Part shown: in pieces, positions 51,128 to 60,968 of the stretch
How the letters are laid out: each line of letters opens with the position of its first letter
Numbering within the stretch: the stretch's first letter is position 1
NCBI GenBank assembly: GCA_963797915.1
Contig: CAWCRG010000010.1
Span: 218,672-282,671 of the forward strand
Direction: 5' to 3'
DNA: 64,000 nt
DNA from: Candidatus Sericytochromatia bacterium
GTDB lineage: Bacteria > Cyanobacteriota > Sericytochromatia > UBA7694
Notes under the pieces: generated by a model
Database searches by the model: none
The model's input: the letters and a program-made list of their open reading frames with translations, nothing else
Told to the model about the DNA's origin: nothing
Program-made: the position numbers and the translations under genes

Positions 51128-51820
51128 ATGGCAGATAAGGTTCTCTTAGTTGATGATGAGGAATCTATTGTAGAGTCCATTGAATACGCATTAAGCCAGG
51201 AAGGGTTTGAAGTGGTAAGTGCCCATAACGGTCAAGAAGCCCTTCAGAAAGTCCAGCTTGAAAAACCCAATCTTATTGTATTGGACTTAATGCTTCCTGA
51301 ACTCAGCGGTCTGGAAGTTTGTCGCATTCTTCGCCGTGAACGCAATGAAACCCCAATTATTATGCTTACCGCTAAAGGGGAAGAAATCGATCGTGTGATC
51401 GGCTTAGAAGTGGGCGCTGACGATTATTTAGTGAAGCCCTTCAGCTTGCGCGAGCTCATTGCCCGCATACGCGCGTTGTTGCGCCGTAGCAAAATTTCTG
51501 AGACCGATGATAGCCAGCCACAAATGCATCAGTATGATGATTTAGAAATGAATCTCACCGAGCATAAGGTAATGGTCAGAAATAAACAGGTAGAGCTTTC
51601 CCCAAAAGAATTCAAAATTTTGGCCATGCTCATGTCTGCTCCCAACAAGGTTTTTTCACGAGAAGAGCTTCTCGAACAAGTATGGGGCCTGGATTTTTAC
51701 GGAGACACAAAAACCGTAGACGTACACATCCGCTGGCTGCGAGAAAAGATCGAAAAAGACCCCAGCAACCCCCAATACGTTCAGACAGTACGTGGCTTCG
51801 GCTATCGTCTCGGGGGATAA
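51128..51820 (+). CDS. OmpR/PhoB-family response regulator (REC + winged helix)
   Basis: 'VLLVDDEESIVESI...DLMLPELSGLEVCRILR' is the REC domain; the C-terminal 'VRGFGYRL' belongs to the winged-helix (wHTH). Confidence 0.9.
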   Translation: MADKVLLVDDEESIVESIEYALSQEGFEVVSAHNGQEALQKVQLEKPNLIVLDLMLPELSGLEVCRILRRERNETPIIMLTAKGEEIDRVIGLEVGADDYLVKPFSLRELIARIRALLRRSKISETDDSQPQMHQYDDLEMNLTEHKVMVRNKQVELSPKEFKILAMLMSAPNKVFSREELLEQVWGLDFYGDTKTVDVHIRWLREKIEKDPSNPQYVQTVRGFGYRLGG

Positions 51821-51823
51821 ACC

Positions 51824-52855
51824 GTGAGTCTATTTCAAGATGGGGTACTTATTTTAAATGAGCAGGGCACCCTCTGCTTTGCAGACCCTAACGCTCGCCA
51901 AATTCTCGAAATGCCCGACGGTGAACTGGATCCTGACTTTATCAGTCGCTCTTCTGAGTCTGCGTTTCGAGACCTGGTGGAGCGTGCTCAAAGTGAAAAC
52001 AACACACAAGAGCATGAGTTTGTCACGGAGCACCTCAGCGTCAACAAAGATCTGTCCATTCTGGCTGAGCCCTATCAGCTGACCGAAAATGGAACCACCG
52101 GGTGGCTCGTTATCGTGAGAGATATAACCTCTGTAAGGCGTCTCGAAGGGATCGAAAAAGAGTTTATTACCAATGTTTCTCATGAGCTGCGTACGCCCTT
52201 AACATCCATTAAGATGGCTGCCGAGTCTCTGCGCATGGGCGCGATTGAAAACCCCAAGTTTAAAGAACGCTTTTTATCAAATATTCAAAGAGAAGCCGAC
52301 CGATTAACCCGCCTGGTCAATGAGTTATTGGTCATTTCGAATCTTGAAGATGCCAAAACAACTTTACACCTCTCATCTTTTGACATGGCCGGCTTACTCG
52401 ATGATGTCATGTCAACCATGGAGCCCCATGCTCGCGTCAATGATATTGAGCTGGTGGGTGAATTTCCGGCGGCGTTGCCTTCCATGTACGCCGATAGAGA
52501 TCGCGTTCTACAGGTACTCATAAATCTTGTAGACAACGCCATCAAATGTAATCGTCCGGAAGGAACAGTAACCCTTAAGATTGAGATTCAGGAAGCGTCT
52601 CTCCATGCGCAGATTATTGATACGGGCATTGGCATCCCTGACATCGATCTGCCCCGCATCTTTAATCGTTTTTTCCGTGTTGATAAATCCCGCTCGCGAG
52701 TCACCGGAGGAACGGGTCTTGGATTGTCTATTGTTAAAGATATTATTGAAGCCCATCAAGGGCAAATTGAAGTGGAAAGCACCCTGAACGTGGGCACAAC
52801 CTTCCATATCCATTTGCCTTTACGGGTGACTATACAAGAACAAGAAGAGGTTTAA
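51824..52855 (+). CDS. cytoplasmic sensor histidine kinase (PAS-like + HisKA + HATPase_c), GTG start
   Basis: 'VSHELRTPLTSIKMAAESL' is the H-box, followed by 'VDNAIKCN' and 'GGTGLGLSIVKDIIEAHQG'. It lies 4 nt downstream of the regulator. Confidence 0.85.
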   Translation: MSLFQDGVLILNEQGTLCFADPNARQILEMPDGELDPDFISRSSESAFRDLVERAQSENNTQEHEFVTEHLSVNKDLSILAEPYQLTENGTTGWLVIVRDITSVRRLEGIEKEFITNVSHELRTPLTSIKMAAESLRMGAIENPKFKERFLSNIQREADRLTRLVNELLVISNLEDAKTTLHLSSFDMAGLLDDVMSTMEPHARVNDIELVGEFPAALPSMYADRDRVLQVLINLVDNAIKCNRPEGTVTLKIEIQEASLHAQIIDTGIGIPDIDLPRIFNRFFRVDKSRSRVTGGTGLGLSIVKDIIEAHQGQIEVESTLNVGTTFHIHLPLRVTIQEQEEV

Positions 52856-52859
52856 CCCT

Positions 52860-53207
52860 ATGAAAACTTTTGCCGCAATGTTTCCGATTTTACCTGGAAA
52901 AACAGAACGGGTGCGAGAAATTGGCGCTGGCCTGGGCGGAGAGCACAGCGATAGCTTTGATGCGTCTCAAAAGGCCCTTGGCGTTCCCGTGGAAAGCTGG
53001 CATATTCAGCAAACCCCTAACGGAGACTTTTTACTCGTCTATCTCGAGGCCGAAGATCCGCTGAAAATGTTTCAAAGCTTTGCCAGCAAAACCGGCGCTG
53101 CTGATGTTTATCTAAAAGACGGTATCAAAGAATGTACCGGTGTGGATCTGAATCAAGCCATGCCGGGTTTGCCCACCTACCCTGTTTTAGAATACAAAGC
53201 CCAGTAA
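52860..53207 (+). CDS. small hypothetical protein co-transcribed with two-component system
   Basis: 115-aa ORF starting 5 nt after the kinase stop, with no signal peptide. Confidence 0.45.
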   Translation: MKTFAAMFPILPGKTERVREIGAGLGGEHSDSFDASQKALGVPVESWHIQQTPNGDFLLVYLEAEDPLKMFQSFASKTGAADVYLKDGIKECTGVDLNQAMPGLPTYPVLEYKAQ

Positions 53208-53245
53208 TCTAAAAATTTGTTTCAGAGCAGTGCTTTATTTCGTCA

Positions 53246-53271
53246 AAGCCCCCCCTGTGGGGGCTTTTTGT
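53246..53271 (+). terminator. rho-independent terminator
   Basis: AAAGCCCCCC CTGT GGGGGCTTTTTG. Confidence 0.7.
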
Positions 53272-53366
53272 ATTCGAGAAAAATACACGTCAGTTTTACG
53301 GTTTTTTCACATATAATAGAAGCATATTGCCTATTTCATAGCAAAGATTGACAGGAAACATCTTTT

Positions 53367-55361
53367 ATGCCTAATTTAAGACAAGTGGGAACCCACGATA
53401 CCGGCTTTTGGGATCGTGAAAACAAAGTATCTGCCGACCCCAAAGCCAAAGCTGAAAACCTCAGTGTTCAAGACGCGATTAAGCAAGCCAAAGCCCAAAA
53501 GGGTGCAGAGCTTGTGGTGATTCAAGAAGATGGCTCAGCAAATGTTCATGCCCTTCAGGGCGAAGACGGATTTGCCAGCGAAAATAAACAAATATTAATC
53601 AGTGAGCTGGATCGCAATCCCAACAGCAAGCAGGATCTTGGAAAAACACCCCTGGCGATTGATGATAAAGTCGCTCAGGCCTTTGGAGGCAAAGGCGCTT
53701 TCCTTGTCGACGAAAAAAATGCGTCCACTTACCTTGGCGAAGATGTTGATGTCGCTACCCCCCAGAGTAAATTGCAAGAAGCTGAACAGTTTTTAAAAGC
53801 CCCGACTCAGCAGCGGGTCAATGCCGCCTATAGCATCGCTGAAGACGCCGGATCCCCCGCACACATCGATAAAGCCCTCGGCAAACAAGTGCTTAATGAG
53901 CTTCAGGGCAATTACCGACAAAACACCCAGGCGGCTCAGGACATTAGCCACCTCAGAACCGGTGAAACCCGCGAAAAAATAACCGCGCTAACCACCAATT
54001 TAGGCCGCATTGCCGGTCAAGAAGCTGAGCGCAGTGGTGAAATTACCCAGACCCTGAATCAGCGCACCCAGACCTGGCAAAAAGACAATACCGCAGCCAC
54101 CAGTGAACGAGACAAAGCCCTTGGCAACTGGAACCAGGCCAATCGTGCTGAAGAGGGCAAGGTGACCCAAAGTGCCCGTAATCTACGAGAAGCCCGTATG
54201 CCCGGTGTTCACGATACCGAAAACAAGCTTGAAGACGTCAAAGGCCAACGTAATCAGGCCCGCGGACGCTACGAGAACGCACAGCAGACCCGACAACGGG
54301 CCCAAAGCGACCTCAACACGATCGAAGCCCTGCCCGCCTCCGCAGAAAACCATCTGAGCAAAGCCCGGCGCTTAGAAGACGATAACCGTAACCTGCATTA
54401 TCAGGCCCGCACCTATACCACCGTGACGCTATCGCGCGTCAGAGACGATATTCGTCGTGTGGATCGCGATTATGACTATACCAACCGTGAACTGCAAAGT
54501 GAGCGAAGCAAGCCCCCCCGCCCTGCCAGTGGGGGTAATACCGGCGGCAGCAACGATCCCTTTGGTAAAGACCCCTTCAGTGGCGGCGGCAACAGCGTTG
54601 GCAGCGACGATCCTTTTGGTAAAGATCCCTTTAGCAATAGCAGCACGAGCGATCCTTACGGCAAAGATCCTTTTAACGGCAACGGCGGTGGACAATACCG
54701 CGATGAAGGTCGTATTCGCTCTTTAGAAAGCAAGCTCAATTTATTGCGCACGGAACGCAGAGATCTGCAGTCGCGAGAAAACAGCTTAGATCGCGTCAAT
54801 ACCCAACTGGCCTTTAATCAGGATCTCGATAATATCAGCCTGATTTTCTTAGATCTCAGTTTTACCGATCGTACAGCATTGGGACGCTTTAGCGACCAAA
54901 CCAAGCGTAATAAAACAGATATTCGCAAACATGAGCAAACTGCTCAGCAGGAGAATACCCGTTATCGCCGTGAGATCGGCGGTGCCCGTCAAAACCTGAG
55001 TGAAGCCACGACGCAGGAAACGGCCACCCGCTCACGTTTTACAGAGGCTGAGGGCCTGGTGGCCCGTGTAGAAACGCAACTTGGCGAGATCAAAGGCAAT
55101 CCGCGTTCAGACAATGACCCCGCGGTTAAGCCCGCAGCAACAGCGCACGCATCAGCCCTGAAGCATCAGGCCGATACGGTAGGCCCACAAGCCCCTCTCA
55201 CGCAGAAAAAAGAACAAACCCAGACGACACTTGAGACCATTGATAGAAACTATCAACAGGACAAGCAAGGGCTAGAGTCACAGCTGCGTAACGTCAAAAA
55301 CACCCTTGAGGGAGAAGCCCAACAGGCTATTTCTCAAACGCGACAGTCACTAAAGCTCTAA
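53367..55361 (+). CDS. large coiled-coil/low-complexity protein with 3x DPFGKDPF repeats
   Basis: 664-aa ORF with no signal peptide or TM. It is rich in Q/R/E/N heptad-like stretches. A central 'GGNTGGSNDPFGKDPFSGGGNSVGSDDPFGKDPFSNSSTSDPYGKDPFNGNGGG' is encoded at 54520-54690. Confidence 0.55.
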   Translation: MPNLRQVGTHDTGFWDRENKVSADPKAKAENLSVQDAIKQAKAQKGAELVVIQEDGSANVHALQGEDGFASENKQILISELDRNPNSKQDLGKTPLAIDDKVAQAFGGKGAFLVDEKNASTYLGEDVDVATPQSKLQEAEQFLKAPTQQRVNAAYSIAEDAGSPAHIDKALGKQVLNELQGNYRQNTQAAQDISHLRTGETREKITALTTNLGRIAGQEAERSGEITQTLNQRTQTWQKDNTAATSERDKALGNWNQANRAEEGKVTQSARNLREARMPGVHDTENKLEDVKGQRNQARGRYENAQQTRQRAQSDLNTIEALPASAENHLSKARRLEDDNRNLHYQARTYTTVTLSRVRDDIRRVDRDYDYTNRELQSERSKPPRPASGGNTGGSNDPFGKDPFSGGGNSVGSDDPFGKDPFSNSSTSDPYGKDPFNGNGGGQYRDEGRIRSLESKLNLLRTERRDLQSRENSLDRVNTQLAFNQDLDNISLIFLDLSFTDRTALGRFSDQTKRNKTDIRKHEQTAQQENTRYRREIGGARQNLSEATTQETATRSRFTEAEGLVARVETQLGEIKGNPRSDNDPAVKPAATAHASALKHQADTVGPQAPLTQKKEQTQTTLETIDRNYQQDKQGLESQLRNVKNTLEGEAQQAISQTRQSLKL

Positions 55362-55432
55362 AAACCCACGCAAACCCCCTGAGAACTTGGTTTTTAGTCA
55401 AAAGAACGGTATGCTGATACCCGGAGTCATTC

Positions 55433-56188
55433 ATGTTCACCTGGTACAACACACCGTTCTTTGCTTTTATTTGCACTGCTTTTCTTTTTTTGGCCCTACA
55501 ATTCATTGGCGGCGACCACGATCTCGATTCTGATTTCGAGCTGGATGCTGGCGGTGACTTTGATGTGGATATCGATAGTGATGTCGAGCTGCACGGAAGC
55601 TTTGCTGACCTTCTGGGCTTTTTAAATATTGGCAAAGTACCGATGTCTCTGGTGCTGATGGTGCTTAGCTTTTCGTGGGGGGCCTTCGGGCTCCTCTATA
55701 ACAGCGCACTCAAAGCGATGTGGTCCATGTACCCTCCCTGGTTTTTTATCTTGAGTTTTGGTCTCAGTGCCATCAGTGCACTGGGCTCTACCCGTGTAGG
55801 CTCTCGGCTATTGGCCGGCATTTTCCGCGATACGAGCGCGGCATCCCAACCCGAAGACCTGGTGGGCTGTGTGGGCAACGTGATTTCCGGTCGGGTTCCC
55901 GGCTTTTCAGAAAAAGGGCTGGGTAGAGCACGGGTCTATAACGAGCACGGTGTGCTTTTACAGGTGGCCTGTGTGGCCCACGAGGGGACTGAAGCCCCCC
56001 CTAAACACAGCACCATTTTTGTAACGGGCTACGATCCTGCCCGCCGTTTGTATACGGTATTAACCCACGAAAGCCCGGCTTATTACGACTACACCAGTGG
56101 TCATCTCGAAGAAATGAAACGGTTTGACTCCCGTTTACAGCAAAGTCTTGAATATAAAAAAAATGCAGAACCCGCAAAGGAGAATTAA
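55433..56188 (+). CDS. NfeD-like / YqiJ-family membrane protein (TM N-terminus + C-terminal OB-like domain)
   Basis: 251-aa ORF with TM helices and an acidic 'DHDLDSDFELDAGGDFDVDIDSDVE' loop. The C-terminus 'VGCVGNVISGRVPGFSEKGLGRARVYNEHGVLLQVAC' resembles the NfeD OB-fold. It lies directly upstream of the flotillin gene. Confidence 0.5.
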   Translation: MFTWYNTPFFAFICTAFLFLALQFIGGDHDLDSDFELDAGGDFDVDIDSDVELHGSFADLLGFLNIGKVPMSLVLMVLSFSWGAFGLLYNSALKAMWSMYPPWFFILSFGLSAISALGSTRVGSRLLAGIFRDTSAASQPEDLVGCVGNVISGRVPGFSEKGLGRARVYNEHGVLLQVACVAHEGTEAPPKHSTIFVTGYDPARRLYTVLTHESPAYYDYTSGHLEEMKRFDSRLQQSLEYKKNAEPAKEN

Positions 56189-56196
56189 GAAACCCC

Positions 56197-57903
56197 ATGG
56201 AAGAGATAATGAGCGTATCCGTTGTTTTATTTGGTTTAGGTATCGTATTGGTGATTGGATTGGTGATTGCCGCCGCAAAGCTTTACACCAAAACGCCGAG
56301 TAGTCGCGCCTTTGTGCGTACCGGTAGCGGTAAAGCCAAAGTCGTCTTAGACGGAGGCGCCTGGGTCATTCCCTTATTGCACGAACTGCGCTGGGTCTCC
56401 TTAGAAACCATGCGTATTGAAGTGAGCCGAAATGCCGAAGCGGCCCTAATTACCGGAGATAAACTCCGCGCCGATGTTTCTGCTGAGTTTTATATTCGCG
56501 TCGAACCCACCGAACAGCAAATTTTAGCCGCTTCTCGTTCCCTGGGTAATCGCTCAATGTCAGAACAAGAGGTCGACAGCCTAATCGCGCCCAAAATGAT
56601 TTCTGCCCTACGTTCTGTGGCCGCTCAAAAAACACTGATGGAACTACACGAAAAGCGCGACGACTTCGCCGATGCCGTGCAAGAAATCGTCAAAAACGAA
56701 CTGGATGAAAACGGCCTCTTACTCGAAACCGTCACCATTTCAAATTTAGACGCCTCTACCTTTCGCAGTGACGACAATTACTTTGATGCCCAGGGTGTCA
56801 GCCACATCACTGAGACAATTCAAAAGGCAGCCCGTCGCAAAAACGAAATTGAGCAGAACACCAAAGAAGAAATTGCCCGTAAAAACGTAGAGACTCGCAA
56901 ACAGATTCTCTTGCTCGAACAAGAAGAGCAAGAAGCAGAGTTTGAGAACGAACTTGAAATTAACCGCATGCGCGTTGAGCAGCAGCGGCAAATTGAGTCT
57001 GAAACCGCTGAAAAACAAGCTTCTCAGGAACGGGTTAAGCTGGAGCAGCAACAGTCGGTAGAAACCACCAAAATTCAGCAGGAACTCACCGTCAAAGATG
57101 GCCGAATTAACGCTGAAATTCAATTGATTGAACGCGACAAGCAAAAAGACACCGCTGCAGCACTGGCCAAGGTCTCCGTAGACAAAGCCCGCTTAAAAGC
57201 GGAAATTGAAATTGTTGAACAAAACAAAGAAAAAGATATTGTGGCTGCACAGGCGCAATCTGAGGTGATTAACAAGGAAAGCGAACGCTTAAAAGCCGAA
57301 GCCGAACGCGAGAAAGCCCGTCAGGAAGTCGTCACCGTTGAAGAGGTCGAACGCGCAAAGCGTCAGGCTGCCATTGAGATTATTGAGGCCGAGTCGCTGG
57401 CACAGCAGGATCAAATCGCTAAACAAATGGAAATTGAAGTGGGTGCACAGCGGATTCAGCGCGAAGCCCAGGCAAAATTTGAAGCGTCTGATCTCGAGGC
57501 CAAAGCCATGGAGCGCCTGGCCAAAGCCGACCTCGAAAAATCCAAAGCGGCCGCTGAAGGTGAACGCTTACTCTTAGAAGCCCGCAATCAAATGGGCAAC
57601 AACCTACTCATTCAGGAGTTCATTCAAATCCTGCCTGAACTCATGAAAGAAATGGCTGCACCCATTGCAAAAATCAACGATATTAAGCTGATTCACATGG
57701 GTGGCATGGGCAATGGCAAAGGCGGTGGCGAAATCGGTGGTCTGGGTGAAACCCTGATGAAGTCCACCATGTTGTATCCTATACTCAAGGAGTTTATGGA
57801 CACACAGGGCATCGACCTCAATCAAATCCTCAAGGATCTGATGCAGCGCTCCGGTACTGACGTCGCTGTCAAAGCAGAGCCCGTTGTCAAAAGCTCCGTC
57901 TAA
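56197..57903 (+). CDS. flotillin-like SPFH/band-7 protein (YqiK-like)
   Basis: 568-aa ORF with an N-terminal TM, an SPFH domain ('RAFVRTGSGKAKVVLDGGAWVIPLLHELRWVSLETMRIEV') and a long E/A/K/Q-rich coiled coil. Confidence 0.8.
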   Translation: MEEIMSVSVVLFGLGIVLVIGLVIAAAKLYTKTPSSRAFVRTGSGKAKVVLDGGAWVIPLLHELRWVSLETMRIEVSRNAEAALITGDKLRADVSAEFYIRVEPTEQQILAASRSLGNRSMSEQEVDSLIAPKMISALRSVAAQKTLMELHEKRDDFADAVQEIVKNELDENGLLLETVTISNLDASTFRSDDNYFDAQGVSHITETIQKAARRKNEIEQNTKEEIARKNVETRKQILLLEQEEQEAEFENELEINRMRVEQQRQIESETAEKQASQERVKLEQQQSVETTKIQQELTVKDGRINAEIQLIERDKQKDTAAALAKVSVDKARLKAEIEIVEQNKEKDIVAAQAQSEVINKESERLKAEAEREKARQEVVTVEEVERAKRQAAIEIIEAESLAQQDQIAKQMEIEVGAQRIQREAQAKFEASDLEAKAMERLAKADLEKSKAAAEGERLLLEARNQMGNNLLIQEFIQILPELMKEMAAPIAKINDIKLIHMGGMGNGKGGGEIGGLGETLMKSTMLYPILKEFMDTQGIDLNQILKDLMQRSGTDVAVKAEPVVKSSV

Positions 57904-57929
57904 CCAAATTTACGGAACCCAAGGATATT

Positions 57930-59360
57930 ATGCAAGAGATCACAACTGCTGAACACAATCGTCAACGCTTTGAAAAATGGATGCACAAAATTTGGGAATA
58001 CCATACCCAGCAAGACACACAACGCGTCCTGCGCAAAAATAGTGAGCCCATTGAACAGCTAAAGCAATTCAACTTAAGTTTAAGCGCTTGTGATTCTCCT
58101 GCCTCTGAAGACCAATTGGACGCCTGGGTGGACACTCTACAGCACCAGAGTGTGGCGACGAGCCACCCGTTATTTATGAACCAGCTCTATGGACACGTTC
58201 ATGATATAGGGCTACTCGGCGATATGCTAAGCACCCACGTGAACACCTCAATGGCCACTTACGAAATTGCGCCATTTTTCACCCTTGTTGAAAAAGAGGT
58301 CATTGCGCAACTGGCCCGAGAGATTGGCTTTAAGACCTGGGATGGATTAATGACTCCAGGGGGAAGCCTGTCGAATATGCAGGCCATGATCATGGCCAAA
58401 GATCAGCGTTTTCCCGAGGCCCGTGCTCAGGGCGCCAAAGTTTTGCCTGAAGTATGTATTTTTGTCTCTGATCAGGCACACTACTCCTTTGTAAAGTTTG
58501 CTCAGGTATTGGGTTTAGGACAGCAAAGTATTGTGAAGGTCGCCAGCGAAGACAAAGGCAGTATGAAGCCGGCAGCCTTGAAAACAGCCATTGAAGCAGC
58601 CTTAGCAGCCGGTAAAACGCCCCTTATGGTGGCTGCCACCGCAGGTACCACCGTTTCAGGTGTCTATGACGACCTGACAGCGCTCGGAGACTTAGCCAAA
58701 GCCCATAAAATGTGGTTTCACGTGGACGGCTCTTACGGCGGATCTTTACTCTTAAGCACTCAGAAAGCCTTACTCAAAGGCATTGAACAGGCCGACTCCG
58801 TGGCCTGGAACCCCCACAAGATGCTGGGCGTTCCCTTCCACTGCCCTGCACTCATTACCCGACACAAGGGGGCTTTAGAAGCTTCTCTGTCTACCGATGC
58901 GTCTTATCTCTTTCATGACAACGAAACCGACTTCAATCTGGGGCAAAAATCGCTACACTGTGGCCGTCGGCCCGAAGCGTTCAAGTTTTGGCTGAGCTGG
59001 CAGGCCTATGGCCGTCAGGGTTTGAGTCAACGAATAGAAGGAATGATACAAGGGGCCAAAACCCTGGCTAAAGCGGTCAAGGCTCACCCACGTTGTGAGC
59101 TACTGTGCGAACCCGAAGCGCCGGTGGTCTGCTTTCAGTACCGTCCTGAAGTAGCACTGTCGCCAGAGGCGCTTGACGATTTTCAGGAGCGCTTAAGAGA
59201 GCATTGCTTTGCCGAAGGCGAGATGCTGTTTAATTATGCCCACATCGCCAACCGTACCGTACTGCGCTGCGTGATTACCCACCCGGTGTTCACCGAAACC
59301 CATGCTCAGCAGATCTTAAAGGCCCTTGATGTCAGTGCCGAGTTTCTGTTAAATCAATAA
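57930..59360 (+). CDS. PLP-dependent group II amino-acid decarboxylase (GAD/DDC/DABA-decarboxylase family)
   Basis: 476-aa ORF. 'SVAWNPHKMLGVPFHC' is the PLP-lysine motif and 'SDQAHYSF' is also present. Confidence 0.75.
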   Translation: MQEITTAEHNRQRFEKWMHKIWEYHTQQDTQRVLRKNSEPIEQLKQFNLSLSACDSPASEDQLDAWVDTLQHQSVATSHPLFMNQLYGHVHDIGLLGDMLSTHVNTSMATYEIAPFFTLVEKEVIAQLAREIGFKTWDGLMTPGGSLSNMQAMIMAKDQRFPEARAQGAKVLPEVCIFVSDQAHYSFVKFAQVLGLGQQSIVKVASEDKGSMKPAALKTAIEAALAAGKTPLMVAATAGTTVSGVYDDLTALGDLAKAHKMWFHVDGSYGGSLLLSTQKALLKGIEQADSVAWNPHKMLGVPFHCPALITRHKGALEASLSTDASYLFHDNETDFNLGQKSLHCGRRPEAFKFWLSWQAYGRQGLSQRIEGMIQGAKTLAKAVKAHPRCELLCEPEAPVVCFQYRPEVALSPEALDDFQERLREHCFAEGEMLFNYAHIANRTVLRCVITHPVFTETHAQQILKALDVSAEFLLNQ

Positions 59361-59369
59361 AGAAAACAA

Positions 59370-59399
59370 GGCTGTAAAAGCAAGTGCCTTTTACAGCCT
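59370..59399. terminator. hairpin between convergent decarboxylase and lspA genes (T-run on minus strand)
   Basis: GGCTGTAAAAG CAAGTGC CTTTTACAGCC. On the minus strand it is followed by TTGTTTTCTTTATT. Confidence 0.55.
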
Positions 59400-59422
59400 C
59401 TGTTGACACTTAAGAGTGACGC

Positions 59423-60052
59423 TTAAGAAGCAGACGACTCTGTCGTAGTGCTATCCACAGTGTCACTTGTTTGGGGTTTACGCGATCCAAAGCTCTCTTT
59501 GATGTAATACACCAAAAGCACACCGGCACCGATCATAATGACCACGTCGGCAATATTGAAGATGTTGGTACGCAAGGGCACGTTAAAGCCCATGACCATA
59601 AAATCAACCACATAACCATAGGCAGCGCGGTCGATAAAATTACCGATACCGCCCGCTAAAATACAGGACAAAGCCACGGTCATCCAGGTCGACTCTTTTT
59701 GTTTTACGATATAAAAAGCCAGACCCAAAAGAAAAAAGCCCACCAGATAGGTCAGTAAAAACGTACGCCAGGGCTCACCGAGGGCATCTCCCAGCCCTCC
59801 CCACGCGCCGAGGTTAATGGCATAATCCAGTTCAAAAAAGCCGTCCAGGTAACTATTGTGAATCTGTGGATTATTGGCCAGCGCAATGGCCCGATCTAAC
59901 CCCGTCAGAGGCTGTCCTGTGGCATCAACTAATGGGTAACCCAAAGTGTTTACTTTTTCGAGGGCCCAGTTGGTAGCCCAGAACTTACTCCACTGATCGA
60001 GCACGACCGCAGGAAAGGTAATCAGCAACATCAGCAGCAGTCGGTTTTTCAT
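59423..60052 (-). CDS. lspA: lipoprotein signal peptidase II
   Basis: Start chosen at 'MKNRLLLMLL' (ATG at 60050-60052), 2 nt from the tpiA stop. 'LDQWSKFWA', 'NLGAWGG' and 'TNIFNIADVVIMIGAG' are LspA conserved blocks. The upstream part of the 300-aa track ORF is out-of-gene read-through. Confidence 0.8.
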   Translation of the reverse strand: MKNRLLLMLLITFPAVVLDQWSKFWATNWALEKVNTLGYPLVDATGQPLTGLDRAIALANNPQIHNSYLDGFFELDYAINLGAWGGLGDALGEPWRTFLLTYLVGFFLLGLAFYIVKQKESTWMTVALSCILAGGIGNFIDRAAYGYVVDFMVMGFNVPLRTNIFNIADVVIMIGAGVLLVYYIKESFGSRKPQTSDTVDSTTTESSAS

Positions 60053-60053
60053 A

Positions 60054-60854
60054 CTAAGTGCCATATTCCTTGCACAGATCGACCAATTGCGCAAACGATT
60101 CAGCATCGAGACTGGCGCCACCCACCAATGCCCCATCGAGATCCGATTGCTGGATTTGTGTCCGAATGGTGGAAGGCTTAACACTGCCACCATAAAGTAA
60201 ACGGATTTTTTGCGCCTGGACTTCACCATAAAGGGTAGATAACTTATGGCGTAAGAGCTTAAGAATGCGATTGGCCTCTTGCTCATCACAGGTCTTGCCC
60301 GTACCAATGGCCCAGATGGGCTCATAGGCCACTAAAACACGGTCACTATAGGTACCCGATGCCATATTTACACCCGCCAGTCCCAATTCCAGCTGCTGGA
60401 GTAACTTGCTTTCAAAAGTACCCGACTCCCGTTCAGCTAAGCTTTCACCAATACATAAAATCGGATTGAGCCCGGCTTCGAGTACCGCTTTTAACTTCAG
60501 ATTAATCAACACGTCATTTTCTTGAAAATACTCACGTCGCTCAGAGTGGCCTAACACCACATAGTGACACCCTGCTGCCCGTAGCATTTCAGTAGAGACT
60601 TCCCCGGTATAAGCGCCGGAGGGCTCGTGGTAAACGTTCTGGGCTCCCACGTAGATACTGCTTTGCTCAAGGGCTGCAGATAAATGGGTAAGGGCAGTTG
60701 CTGGGGCGCAAAGAATCATTTCGACAGCGCTTTCGGTATGCAGATGTTCAGGCAAAGCCGCTACAAATTGTTCTGCTTCTAAATGGGTCTTGTTCATTTT
60801 CCAGTTGCCTGCAATGACTGGCTTACGGGAGTGGGTCATGGTGGGGCTCCTCAT
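60054..60854 (-). CDS. tpiA: triose-phosphate isomerase
   Basis: 'PVIAGNWKMNKT', 'VVLGHSERREYF', 'AYEPIWAIGTGKT' and 'YGGSV'. Confidence 0.9.
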   Translation of the reverse strand: MRSPTMTHSRKPVIAGNWKMNKTHLEAEQFVAALPEHLHTESAVEMILCAPATALTHLSAALEQSSIYVGAQNVYHEPSGAYTGEVSTEMLRAAGCHYVVLGHSERREYFQENDVLINLKLKAVLEAGLNPILCIGESLAERESGTFESKLLQQLELGLAGVNMASGTYSDRVLVAYEPIWAIGTGKTCDEQEANRILKLLRHKLSTLYGEVQAQKIRLLYGGSVKPSTIRTQIQQSDLDGALVGGASLDAESFAQLVDLCKEYGT

Positions 60855-60968
60855 CAGGTAAAAACTTTAATTGATTTATAGTATAAGGGATTCTACTGCC
60901 ACTCGCATGCAATGGCATTTTGGGCTAAACTAGAGTCAAGGTATTTTTTATATTCGCAAGGAGTTTTT

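Noticed and set aside
59423-60325. 300-aa ORF suggesting a long N-terminal extension of LspA overlapping tpiA
   Set aside because: The LspA homology starts at 'MKNRLLL' (ATG 60050-60052). The upstream part is antisense to the tpiA coding sequence and has no independent support.
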